Assembly (NCBI GenBank): GCA_964016885.1 | Contig: OZ024757.1 | Location: 21,576,001-21,640,000 of the forward strand | Length of the DNA: 64,000 nucleotides | From: Eledone cirrhosa | Lineage: Eukaryota | Direction of reading: 5' to 3' | In this document: one piece after another, positions 11,596-23,160 of the stretch | Layout: each line of letters opens with the position of its first letter | Numbering within the stretch: the stretch's first letter is position 1 | Position numbers and translations under genes: made by a program | The notes under the pieces: generated by a model | What the model saw: only the letters and a program-made list of their open reading frames with translations | The model's database searches: none | What the model was told of the DNA's origin: nothing

Positions 11596-12088
11596 GTGCA
11601 TGCATGCATGCATGTGTGTGCATGCGTGCATGTGTGCATACATGTGTGTGTGCGTGCATGCGTGCATCTGTGTGTACATGTGTGCGTGCACGTGTGTATG
11701 TATGTGCATGCATGTGTGTGTACATGTGTGCATGTGTGTATCTGTGTGCATGAATGCGTGTGTGTGTGTGTGCATGTGTGCATATGTGTGTACATGTGTA
11801 TGTGTGCACGTGTGTATGTATGCATGTGCAAGCATGCATGTGTGTGTGTGTGTATGCATACTTTGCGTGTCAGTGTGTGCATACATGTTTGTGTCAGTGT
11901 GTGCATGCATGCATGTGTGTGTGTCCATGCATGCATGTGTGTCAGTGTGTGCATGCATGTGTATCAGTTTGTGCATGCATGGATGTGCTTGTACATGTTT
12001 ATGTGTGCATGTGTGTGTGTGTACATACATGTGTGTGCATGCATGCATGTGTTTGTACGTGTATACATGTGTGTGCATGTGTGTGCAT
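11596..12088. repeat. (TG)/(TGCA)-rich low-complexity repeat
   Basis: Alternating purine-pyrimidine tract. Confidence 0.95.
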
Positions 12089-12221
12089 GAGCTTATTGGC
12101 AAGAGAAGGGGGGGGGGTATATTGTACTTATTGTTAATGTTTTTGTTTTTTTTCTTTAATTTCTATTTTTACCAATTCTAGTAAAGTTGGTGGAGGCGGA
12201 GGGTAAGGTGAAGACAGAAGC

Positions 12222-12547
12222 AAGGTGTTGGGGTGGGTGGGAACAGGGATGGGGGTGATACTGGTGGGGTGCGGTGATATTGGTGGAGTGTGGTGAACAA
12301 GGGTGTGGTGGGGTGAACAAGAGGTAGGGTGAATAGGGGTGGTGGTGGGGTGAACAAGGGTGTGGTGGGGTGAACAAGTAGGGTGAGGTGGGGGTGATAT
12401 TGGTGGGGTGGGGTGAACAAGGGTGTCGTGGGGTGAACAAGAGGTAGGGTGAATAGGGGGTGTGGTGGGGTGAACAAGGGTGTGGTGGGGTGAATCGGGA
12501 GTGGGGTGAACAGGGGGTGGGGTGAAAACGGAGTGTGGTGGGGTGGA
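12222..12547 (+). repeat. G-rich minisatellite (GGGGTGAACAAGGGTGTGGT-like) with a ~120-bp higher-order duplication
   Basis: Repeated GGGG runs; the block near 12290-12360 recurs near 12410-12480. Confidence 0.85.
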
Positions 12548-12696
12548 GAATGTAGTATTAGTAAATGTGTACAAATGTAATAGCAACAATTTTTAAACGT
12601 TCGTTTTATATTATTTTTTTTTAAATATTCATTTTGTCGTTGTTGTTGTTATAATTATTATAATCATCATCATCATCAATGTTAGAAAGTATTATT

Positions 12697-13475
12697 AGGC
12701 GGTGGATTGACAGTATCGGTAGAGGGTCAGACGCCATGCTTTCTAGCATAGAGTTACCGCCCTTTATGGTCTGAGTTCAAATCCCGCCGCGGTTAACTTT
12801 GCCTTTCATCCTTACAGGGTCGATAAAATAAAGTACCAGTAATACACTGGGATAATTGCTGGCCTTGTGCCAAAAGTAGAAACAATTATTATTATTATAG
12901 GGTGGTGAATTGGCAGTATCGGTAGAGGGTCGGACGCCAAGCATAGAGTTACGGCACTTGCCATTCTGAGTTCAAATCCCGCTGAGGTTAACTTTGCCTT
13001 TCATCCTTACGTGGTCGATAAAATAAAGTACCAGTAATGTACTGGGATAATTGCTGGCCTTGTGCCAATAGTAGAAACAATTATTTCCTTGGCTCAATTT
13101 GCCAAATTCCAACCCTCTCGGTAACTGAGGCCTGGGAATTTTTCAATCGATTTGATCAATTTGAAAATCCCTGCATGTCATAAGAAACGACTAAAAAAGT
13201 TGGCCTGAAGGAGGGCATCCTGCCGTAAAATTGTGACTTGTCCGACTCATACCCGCATGGAAAAGTTCATGTAAAAATGAAATGAACAAATGATAGATGC
13301 AATAAAGGATGAATAGCTATTGTAATGACATTAATCTTAACACACACTCTGCCATTCTGAGTTCAAATCCCGCCGAGGTTAACTTTGCCTTTCATCCTTA
13401 CGGGGGACGATAAAATAAAGTACCAGTAATGCACTGGGGTAATTGCTGGCCTTGTGCTTAACGTAGAAACAATTA
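12697..13475 (+). mobile_element. Cluster of SINE-A copies (12697-12895, 12898-13085, partial 13350-13475) and an older RTE-tailed element
   Basis: Family A consensus matches. Confidence 0.85.
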
Positions 13476-13505
13476 AACTTAACACACACTCACACAGACA
13501 GACAG

Positions 13506-13536
<31 letters not shown>

Positions 13537-13712
13537 TATATATGTAATCAAAATGTGAATCCCCAGCCTGTCTGGGAGGTCAGTGGCTTCGCTTCACTAC
13601 AGACACGGTCTGTGAAGACCCATCCAACTCTTGTTAGCAGAGAAAGTGAACATTAGATGATGATGATGATGATGATCATCATCATCATCATCATTTTACG
13701 TCCGCTTTTCCC

Positions 13713-14118
13713 TGTGGTGGTGGTGGCAGAGATTGTGGTGGGTGTGGTGGTGGTGGTGGCAGAGGTTGTGGTGGTGCAGAGCTGGTGGTGGTGGTGGTGG
13801 TGGCAGTGGTGGTGGCAGAGGTTGTGGTGGCAGAGGTTGTGGTGGTGGTGGCAGAGGTTGTGGTGGTGGTGGCAGAGGTTGTGGTGGTTGTGGTGGTGGC
13901 AGAGGTTGTGGTGGGTGTGGTGGTGGTGGTAGAGGTGGTGGTGGCAGAAGTGGTGGTGGAAGAAGTGGTGGTGGTGCAGAGTTTGTGGTGGTGGTGGCAG
14001 AGGTTGTGGTGGCGGTGGCAGAGGTGGTGGTGGAAGAAGTGGTGGTGGTGTTGATGGTGGTGCAGAGTTTGTGGTGGTGGTGGCAGAGGTGGTGGTGGTG
14101 GCAGTGGTGGTGGTGGTT
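13713..14118. repeat. (GGT)n microsatellite with GGCAGA interruptions
   Basis: Direct inspection. Confidence 0.95.
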
Positions 14119-14451
14119 TGCAATGGATTGGTACGGAGATTAAGTTTTATCAAATATCTATCTCAATATTTTCCATAAATATGTTGAATTGCTAGAATTT
14201 CTGGTAATTTGGGATAAAACTTTCAAAGAGTCACCATTGAGTTTGTAAACAGGAAGGAGCTTTCTCAGTCTCAAGTGGTCCAATATTTGGCACCATTTAC
14301 AGAATAAGAAACTTTGCTGTAGTGGTTGTTTAGCCCTAGGTCAAACCTCAGATAAGCATTCCAGCCATTAATATCCTGGTTTTTGTTGAGTTGCTTTTTG
14401 CAACATATCACAGGTGTGTGTATGTATGTATGTATGTATGTATATATATGT

Positions 14452-15140
14452 ATCATCATCATCATCATCATCATCATTTTACGTCCGCTTTTCCCTGCTT
14501 GCAAGGGTGGGACGGGAACTGATCCTGGCTTGGTTTCTACAGCTGGATGCCCTTCCTAACACCAACCTCATTTACAGTGAGTGCTGGGTGCTTTTTTGCC
14601 GTGGCACCTCCACGACCAGTTTGCAGTGGAATGATAGGGACCCCAGTCCCTATCATCCCATTTCTACAGCTGAGTAAACTGGAGCAATGTGAAATAAAGT
14701 GTCTTGCTCAAGGAAACAACACATCACCCGGTCTGAGAATTGAACTCACAACCTTTTGATTGCAAGGCCAATGCTCTAACCACTAAGCCATGTGCCTCCA
14801 TCATCATATCATTTCATTTTACGTCCACTTTTCACTGCTTGCAAGGGTGGGACGGGAACTGATTCTAGCTTGATTTCTACAGCTGGATGCCCTTCCTAAC
14901 ACCAACCTCATTTTTTACAGTGAGTGCTGGGTGCTTTCTTGCCGTGGCACCTCTACGATCACTTTGCAGTGGAAAGATATGGACCCCAGTCCCTATCATC
15001 TCATTTCTACAGCTGAGTAAACTGGAGCAATGTGAAATAAAGTGTCTTGCTCAAGGAAACAACACATCACCCGGTCTGAGAATTGAAATCACAACCTTTT
15101 GATTGCAAGGCCAATGCTCTAACCACTAAGCCATGTGCCT

Positions 15141-15143
<3 letters not shown>
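14452..15143 (-). mobile_element. Two tandem SINE-B copies (14452-14800, 14801-15143)
   Basis: Full-length family B consensus twice. Confidence 0.92.
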
Positions 15144-15177
<34 letters not shown>

Positions 15178-15423
15178 ATAATTATACTCTGCTCTGCACG
15201 AGCATTGAGTGCTCAACTGGCATACAGCCTATGGACGCATTTACCTGCAACAAGACAACTATATATATATATATTAATTTAAATCTACATGTCTGGCAAG
15301 CAGATCAATACTGGAGTCCATCATATCAATTAAGACCTTGAGCTGATAACCCGTGAAACATATGTCATGTTTGATATAAATAAAAACATTTTAAAGTTAA
15401 ACATATATATATATATATATATA

Positions 15424-15618
15424 TAGGAACCAGTAAGACCCCGACAGCTGAGCTCAAGCCGTTTCGACGGCTAATTCTGGACGGAATTAGCCGTCGAAAC
15501 GGCTTGAGCTGAGCTGTCGGGGTCTTACTGGTTCCTATTACCCACTCTACTACCCCAAGTATTGAGTACTTTGGTGCGTTATGGTCCACCTGGTTCTTTA
15601 CCACATTTCCTTCGTTAT
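15424..15618 (-). mobile_element. Family C fold-back element
   Basis: Inverted arms of about 55 bp (15424-15538) plus a ~80-bp unique tail; (TA)n on both sides. Confidence 0.8.
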
Positions 15619-15670
15619 ATATATATATATATAATATATAAGAACAGAAGATGGTTAAAGGAGTTCCATG

Positions 15671-15741
15671 TATTTTATTATGCGCATTTCGAAAACAAAC
15701 ATCATCATGCAATAATATTTGTGTTTTCATCAGATAAAACA
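15671..15741 (-). ncRNA. Mirror-image hammerhead ribozyme in the left palindrome arm
   Basis: Reverse complement of 15865-15935, except for an A-C mismatch at the base of stem II. Confidence 0.65.
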
Positions 15742-15864
15742 GGAGGACATGATATGAAGGCTAAAAAACACTTGTGGATAGTGCAGTTTTAAATCAACAT
15801 ATCATATGTTGATTTAAAACTGCACTATCCACAAGTGTTTTTTAGCCTTCATATCATGTCCTCC

Positions 15865-15935
15865 TGTTTTATCTGATGAAAACACAAATATTATTGCATG
15901 ATGATGTTTGTTTTTGAAATGCGCATAATAAAATA
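15865..15935 (+). ncRNA. Type I hammerhead ribozyme with long stem II
   Basis: TTTTAT-CTGATGA-AAACACAAATATTATT gcat GATGATGTTTGTTTTT-GAAA-TGCGCA-TA-ATAAAA; palindromic stem III (ATGCGCAT). Confidence 0.75.
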
Positions 15936-16061
15936 CATGGAACTCCTTTAACCATCTTCTGTTCTTATATATTATGTATACTCCAGTCCTACAAACTGTA
16001 GAGTGCTTCTTATCCGATATCTGCATTGCTTTATTGTACTACAATAAAACTCACCTCCTAC

Positions 16062-16105
<44 letters not shown>

Positions 16106-16231
16106 CCATCTCTCCTCCTCTCTCATCCTTCCTTCTTACACTCCGCCCCCACCATTCCTTACTCTCATCTCCTGTCGAAACGGTTTGAACTCTGCCGTCG
16201 GGGTGATACTTTTTCCTATATATACGGGGTT

Positions 16232-16914
16232 TATAAAATAAAGTACCAGTAATGTACTGGGATAATTGCTGGCCTTGTGCCAAAAGTAGAAACAATTATT
16301 ATTACTAAAGATGGTATGTTGGCAGAGTGGGCAGAGCATCGGTTGAAAGGCTTGCAGCATATCATTAGACCCTTCTACATCTCACCGACATCAACTTTAC
16401 CTTTCATTCTTACATAAAGTACCAGTGACGTACTGGTTTCCACATTGGCCTTCTGCTAAATTAGAAATCATTTAAAGGTGGTAGATTGGCAGTAATCGGT
16501 AGAGCGCTGGACAACATGCTTTGAGGCATATAGTTACATCCCTTTATGTTTTGAGTTCAAATCCCGCCGAGGTTAACTTTGCCGTTCATCCTTACGGGGG
16601 TCGATAAAATATAGTACCAGTAATGCACTGGGGTCAATATACTTGACTTTCTCTTCTTCCAAAATTACTGGCCTTGTGCTTAAAGTAGACATCATCATCA
16701 TTGTTATTATTATCCACTAAGAACCTGTAGAGCATCGGACATTTTACGGTGTATAGTTACATCCCTTTTTGCTCTGAGTTGAAATCCCGTCAAGGTTAGC
16801 TTTGCTTTTCATCCTTATGAGGTCGATAAAATAAAGTACCAGTAATGCACAGGGGTTGATTTAATCGACTTTCCCCTGCCTCCAAATTGTTGGCCTTCTG
16901 CTTAAATTAAAAAC

Positions 16915-16920
<6 letters not shown>
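16232..16920 (+). mobile_element. Cluster of SINE-A copies of differing divergence
   Basis: Four partial or full copies. Confidence 0.8.
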
Positions 16921-16950
<30 letters not shown>

Positions 16951-17009
16951 CATTATTATTATCCCACCCTTGCGAGCAGGGAAGAGCGGACGTAAAATGA
17001 ATGATGATG

Positions 17010-17415
17010 ATTATTCTTTGAGTCTCAGTCATTGATGTTATTTAACTGGAAAGTTTGTTGAAATGAATATCAAGCCGCTACCTGCAGCCTCAGATATTCA
17101 GGACGTATCGGAGGGTTCTTGCTGTTCCCAGCAAGCATGCCTTTTGAAGTGTTCCAAAAAATGGGGCTGGACTAATCTTCTTTAACCATCCTTGGAAACT
17201 CTTTGAGATAGTACCTAGTGCTCCTGTGACAATCGGGACGACCTTGATTTCATGGCAGTCCCAAATCCTTTTTACCTCCCACTTTAAGTCCTGGTATCGG
17301 TTAATTTTCTCCCTCTCCTTTTTTTGCACTCTCATGTCAACTGGGCAGGTTATGATCAGGCACGATCTTTTTTCCTTTCCCAAAACCACCAGGTCAGGCC
17401 TATTGTGTTCCAGTT
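17010..17415 (-). mobile_element. R4/Dong-type non-LTR retrotransposon 3' end (restriction-like endonuclease domain)
   Basis: HNRPDLVV...CPVD..V..KE.EK..RYQDLKWE..RIW...VVPIVTGALG; lies among (TTA)n tracts. Confidence 0.8.
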
Positions 17416-17454
17416 TCTTCTTCTTTTTCTTCTTCTTATTATTATTATTACTAT

Positions 17455-17895
17455 AAGGGCAGTGAATTGGCAGTATTGATAGAGGGTTGGACGCCATGTT
17501 TTCTAGCATAGTTATGTCCCTTTACAGTCTTAGTTCAAATCCCGCCGAGGTTAACTTTGCCATTCATCCTTACGGGGTCGATAAAATAAAGTACCAGTAA
17601 TGTACTGGGTAATTGCTGGCCTTGTGCCTAAAGTAGAAACAATTATTATTATTACTATTATTATTATTATTATTATTAGGGCGGTGGATTGGCAGTATTG
17701 GTAGAGGATCGGACGCCATGCTTTGCAGCATAGAGTTCTGGCCCTTTTTGCTGCGAGTTCAAATCCCGCTGAGATTAACTTTGCCTTTCATCCATACGGG
17801 GGGTCGATAAAATAAAGTACCAGTAATGCACTGGGATTCATTTAATCGACTTCCCCAAAATTGCTGGCCTTGTGCCTAAACTAGAGACTATTATT
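17455..17895 (+). mobile_element. Two SINE-A copies
   Basis: Family A consensus. Confidence 0.9.
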
Positions 17896-18072
17896 ATCAC
17901 CAATGTTAGAAGTACTTTACCACTAATATGGTTATTGTTATCACGAGGAGATTGAAGTATTTCAACAAAAAATAAAATAAAAAACAAATCTATATAAAAC
18001 AAAAAGGTTCTTATTTGTATTTCTAATAAAATGGCGACTAAGACTATTTTTATTTTATTTTGTTAAAAGAGG

Positions 18073-18995
<923 letters not shown>

Positions 18996-19027
18996 CAATC
19001 AGCTAGATTTGTCATTTATGATGGTTA

Positions 19028-19576
19028 GAGGAGAAGGTAGAGAAGAAGGAGGAGGAAAAAGAAGAAGAAGGCAAAGAAGAAGAAAAAGAAGAAGAAGAAG
19101 GCAAAGAAGAAGAAGAAGAAGAAGAAGGCAAGGAAGAAGAAGAAGAAGAAGAAAAAGAAGAAGAAGGCAAAGAAGAAGAAGAAGAAGAAGAAGAAGAAGA
19201 AGAAGAAGAAGAAGAAGAAGAAGAAGAAGCAAAAGAAGAAGAAATAGAAGTAGAAGAAAAAGAAGAAGAAAATGAAGAAGAAGAAGGCAAAGAAGAAGAA
19301 GAAGGCAAAGAAGAAAGCAAAGAAGTAGAAGAAGAAGACAAAGAAGAAAGAAAAGAAGAAGAAGAAGAAGAAGAAGAAGAAGAAGAAGAAGAAGAAGAAG
19401 AAGAAGAAGAAAGCAAAGAAGAAGAAGAAGAAGAAGAAGAAGAAGAAGGCAAGGAAGATGAAAAAGAAGGCAAAGAAGAAGAAGAAGAAGAAGAAGGCAA
19501 AGAAGAAGGCAAAGAAGAAGAAGAAGAAGAAGAAGAAGAAGAAGAAGAAGAAGAAGAAGAAGAAGAAGAAGAAGAA
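19028..19576 (+). repeat. (GAA)n trinucleotide repeat with in-frame interruptions
   Basis: Direct inspection; lies inside a stop-free frame 19022-19810. Confidence 0.95.
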
Positions 19577-20532
19577 ATACAAACAGGAATAAATGACATT
19601 TTAAAAATTAATAATTCAAAAACTAAAAGAAAGAGAAAAAAAAATAAATTAAAATCTATTTTCCTCTCTAAAATGAAAGGAAATGCTAAAAGCATCTTTG
19701 AAAGTTTTCAAGATGGAGAATTAGGATTTTTGACAATTTTATGGAAGATCAACAATTTTTGTTTCAATGAAGCTCCAAGAATGATATCAACAGCTTTAGG
19801 AAAATGTTGATGACAAGGAGGATTCAGTTACCTTCCTAGCTATGTGTGCTTACACACTTTTACAAATTATTTCCTGTGATGGTTTCATATGTTTATTTTA
19901 GGTATATATATATGTATGTCAATCAATTTCTAGTTGATATAAAATGCTCGGATCTATTCATTGGAATCTTGGAGCATATTTTACAGTGGATGTGGCGCAT
20001 GTCTCATTGACATGACACCCTTAATTTAATTTTGGTTATATACAAGGCCCCTTAATTGTAGAGCTAACTCAGTTGGAAGGACTCGGCTGCTATTTCTAGT
20101 TGTCGATAACCCTATTCACGCCACTGGGATGAAGCTGGTACGATGTGTGTATTTTTAAAAAATGCAACACGTGTGACGGGTCATTCGCAGATTTGAATTT
20201 GCTGTGTAAACACATAGTTAGATCTTCTCCCTTGTTGAACATCTGGGATTTGGCTACTGTGGTTTACCGATCGATTAATGGTGAAATATATTTCTTTAAT
20301 GAAATATATACAAGGAAGATTAATAAATTTATAAGGTATCTATTTTTGAAGTTCTAGTTAAACTTTAATTAGTTACCTACCTAGCTGTGTGTGCTTACAC
20401 ACTTTTACAAATTATTCCCTGTGATTGTTTCATATGTTTATTTTAGATATATATATATGTCAATCAATTTCTAGTCTTAGATATATATATATGTCAATCA
20501 ATTTCTAGACATATATATATATGTCATCAATT

Positions 20533-20889
20533 TCTGGAGTGAAATAGCCGTCGAAACGGCTTGAGCTCTGCCGTCAGGGTAAATCATTTTCCTATTACCC
20601 ACTCTACTACCCTAAGTATTGAGTACTCTGGTGCATTATGGTCCATCTGGTTCCTTACCACACGTCCTTTGTTTTATATATATATATATATATATAACAA
20701 AGGAATTGTGGTGAGGAACCAAATGGACCATAACGCACCAGAGTACTCAATACTTAGGGTAGTAGAGTGGGAAATAGGAAAAAGTATGACCCCGACGGCA
20801 GAGCTGAAGCTGTTTCGATGGCTATTTCTGTCCAGAAATAGCCATCGAAACGGCTTGAAATCTGCCGTTGGGGTCATACTTTTTCCTAT
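20533..20889. mobile_element. Inverted pair of family C elements around a (TA)n spacer
   Basis: 20533-20675 and 20693-20889 are reverse complements; the right copy has the full hairpin. Confidence 0.8.
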
Positions 20890-21152
20890 ATATATTATAT
20901 ATATGTATATATAATCAATTTTTTTTCAGTTTTTTTATGGTCAGATTAATTTTTAACATAGGATTGTGAAAATAACGTGAATTAATAATTAGATAATTTC
21001 ATATTTCAAACATTTTTACGAGAAATATATAAATAGAAAACTAAAATTGTAAGGAAACAAAAATAAACAAAATTGAAAAAACAAAAAATTTATTTATTTC
21101 AGAAACTAATATATTTTCTAAGGTAGCCTCAAGACAAGTATTACACTAACGA

Positions 21153-21183
<31 letters not shown>

Positions 21184-21283
21184 ATATATATTGTATATAT
21201 ATATATTGTATATATATATATATATATACATACGCACACACACATATATATATAGAAACATATGTATATATGTATATATATAC

Positions 21284-21354
<71 letters not shown>

Positions 21355-21554
21355 CATACATATATTTATATATATTTATATATATATACATACATACATA
21401 TATATTTATATATACATACATACATATAGACTGAGGAATAGTTATTCCTATATTGTTTGTAGAGTAACTTACAAGTGTGTTGTGTAGTTTATATGTAGCT
21501 ATCAACACAATGTTCCTTAGAACCAGTCCCAAGAAATCTTCATATTATTAGTAA

Positions 21555-22069
21555 CTAGCAGTGGTACCCGGTGTTGCACGGGATAAGGTATTGTGAAATA
21601 TATAACCGCCTTAGCTAAGCTTAGTATTGCCACAACCACGGCTGGCAAAGAAGTAAGGGTCTGGTGGTACGTAAGTAAGCAACACTGTGGCTTAAAACGT
21701 GAGGAAGAAGTTGTGTGCACTTACCAACTGTTTGGGAATGAGTGTGAGATTTGTCTTGAGCAAGAGTGGCAGAATAACCGGAGGCAGCAGACAGCCAGAC
21801 ATACAGACAGATATTATAAGGGCGCGACGTTATATGTATGTATCTGTCTAAAAAAGCGAAAGACTAAGAATTATAGAGAGAGATCGCTAAATCGCCTAAT
21901 GTGGTCTCTAGGGCATTGAAAATTTGAATTTCTTTTTACTCAGAACACTCCCTGGAACATAAGTATTGCATGTGTAAAGTTTGAAAACAGTCGGTTGGGT
22001 GCTTCTCGAGTTTTAGGGATTCAAACTCACACACACACAGACAGACATCCTCAGTTTTATATATATAGA
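21555..22069 (-). mobile_element. Non-autonomous Helitron
   Basis: A|TCTATATATATAAAACTGAGGATGTCTGTC 5' end; 3' hairpin CCCGTG-caa-CACCGGG then CTAG|T. Confidence 0.85.
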
Positions 22070-22082
22070 TAATATTATTATT

Positions 22083-22910
22083 AAGGGCGGTGGATTGGCA
22101 GTATTGGTAGAGGGTCGGATGCCATGCTTTGACGCATAGAGTTACGGCCCTTGCCATTCTGAGTTCAAATCCCGCCGAGGTTAACTTTGCCTTTCATCCT
22201 TACTGGGTCGATAAAATAAAGTACCAGTAATACACTGGGTAATTGCTGGTCTTGTGCCTAACGTAGAAACAATTATTATTATAGGGCGGTAGATTGGCAG
22301 TATCGGTAGAGAGTCGGATGCCATGCTTTGAAGCATAGTTACGTCCCTTTACGATCTGAGTTCAAATCCCACCGAGGTTGACTTAGCCTTTCATCCTTAC
22401 GAGGTCGATAAAATAAAGTACCAGTAATGCACTGGGTAATTGCTGGCCTTGTGCCTAAAGTAGAAACAATTATTATTATAGAGTAATAAGGGCGGTGGAT
22501 TGGCAGTATCGGTAGAGTGTCGGATGCCATGCTTTGGCGCTTAGAGTTACGGCCCTTGCCATTCTGAGTTCAAATCCCGCCGAGGTTAACTTTGCCTTTC
22601 ATCCTTACTGGGTCGATAAAATAAAGTACCAGTAATACACTGGGTAATTGCTGGCATTGTGCCTAATGTAGAGACAATTATTATTATTACTATTATTATT
22701 ATTATTATTATTAGGGCGGTGGATTGGCAGTATTGGTAGAGGATCGGACGCCATGCTTTGCAGCATAGAGTTCTGGCCCTTTTTGCTGTGAGTTCAAATC
22801 CCGCTGAGGTTAACTTTGCCTTTCATCCTTACAGGGTCGATAAAATAAAGTACCAGTAATACACTGGGTAATTGCCGGCCTTGTGCCTAACGTAGAAACA
22901 ATTATTATTA
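22083..22910 (+). mobile_element. Four head-to-tail SINE-A copies
   Basis: Starts at about 22083, 22281, 22488 and 22712, each following the previous (ATT)n tail. Confidence 0.92.
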
Positions 22911-23160
22911 TAGAGTAATGTTTGCTTTAGTTGTTTATGTTCTGGCAGCAATGGTGATAAAGATACTAGTGCCAAGGTGTGTTAGGCCAATGCCTTTTCC
23001 TTGGACGACATTGGTGACATGGACAGAAGGGTCTTGGTTGAGTTGAGTGTTCTGCTAGTTGTACTAGTGAAGATACTGGACAGCTGCTGTGTCAAGCCTT
23101 GCTTACTCTTGGACAGCATGAGTGGCTTGGGAACACAACAAATTTGGTGTCATGGACAGC

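Larger units (their letters stand above)
15631..15975. repeat. 345-bp palindrome (172-bp arms, 1-nt spacer, one mismatch seen)
   Basis: Centre AAATCAACATAT-C-ATATGTTGATTT at 15803. Confidence 0.95.

Noticed and set aside
14547-15102. Recurrent 'MPFLTPTSFTVSAG...LQLSKLEQCEIKCLAQG' ORFs as a gene family
   Set aside because: Antisense translation of SINE-B; the frame is not preserved between copies
22966-23135. Minus-strand exon PLMLSKSKQGLTQQ...EKALA*
   Set aside because: Short, weak AAG acceptor, no recognisable homology, and adjacent to decayed retroposon sequence
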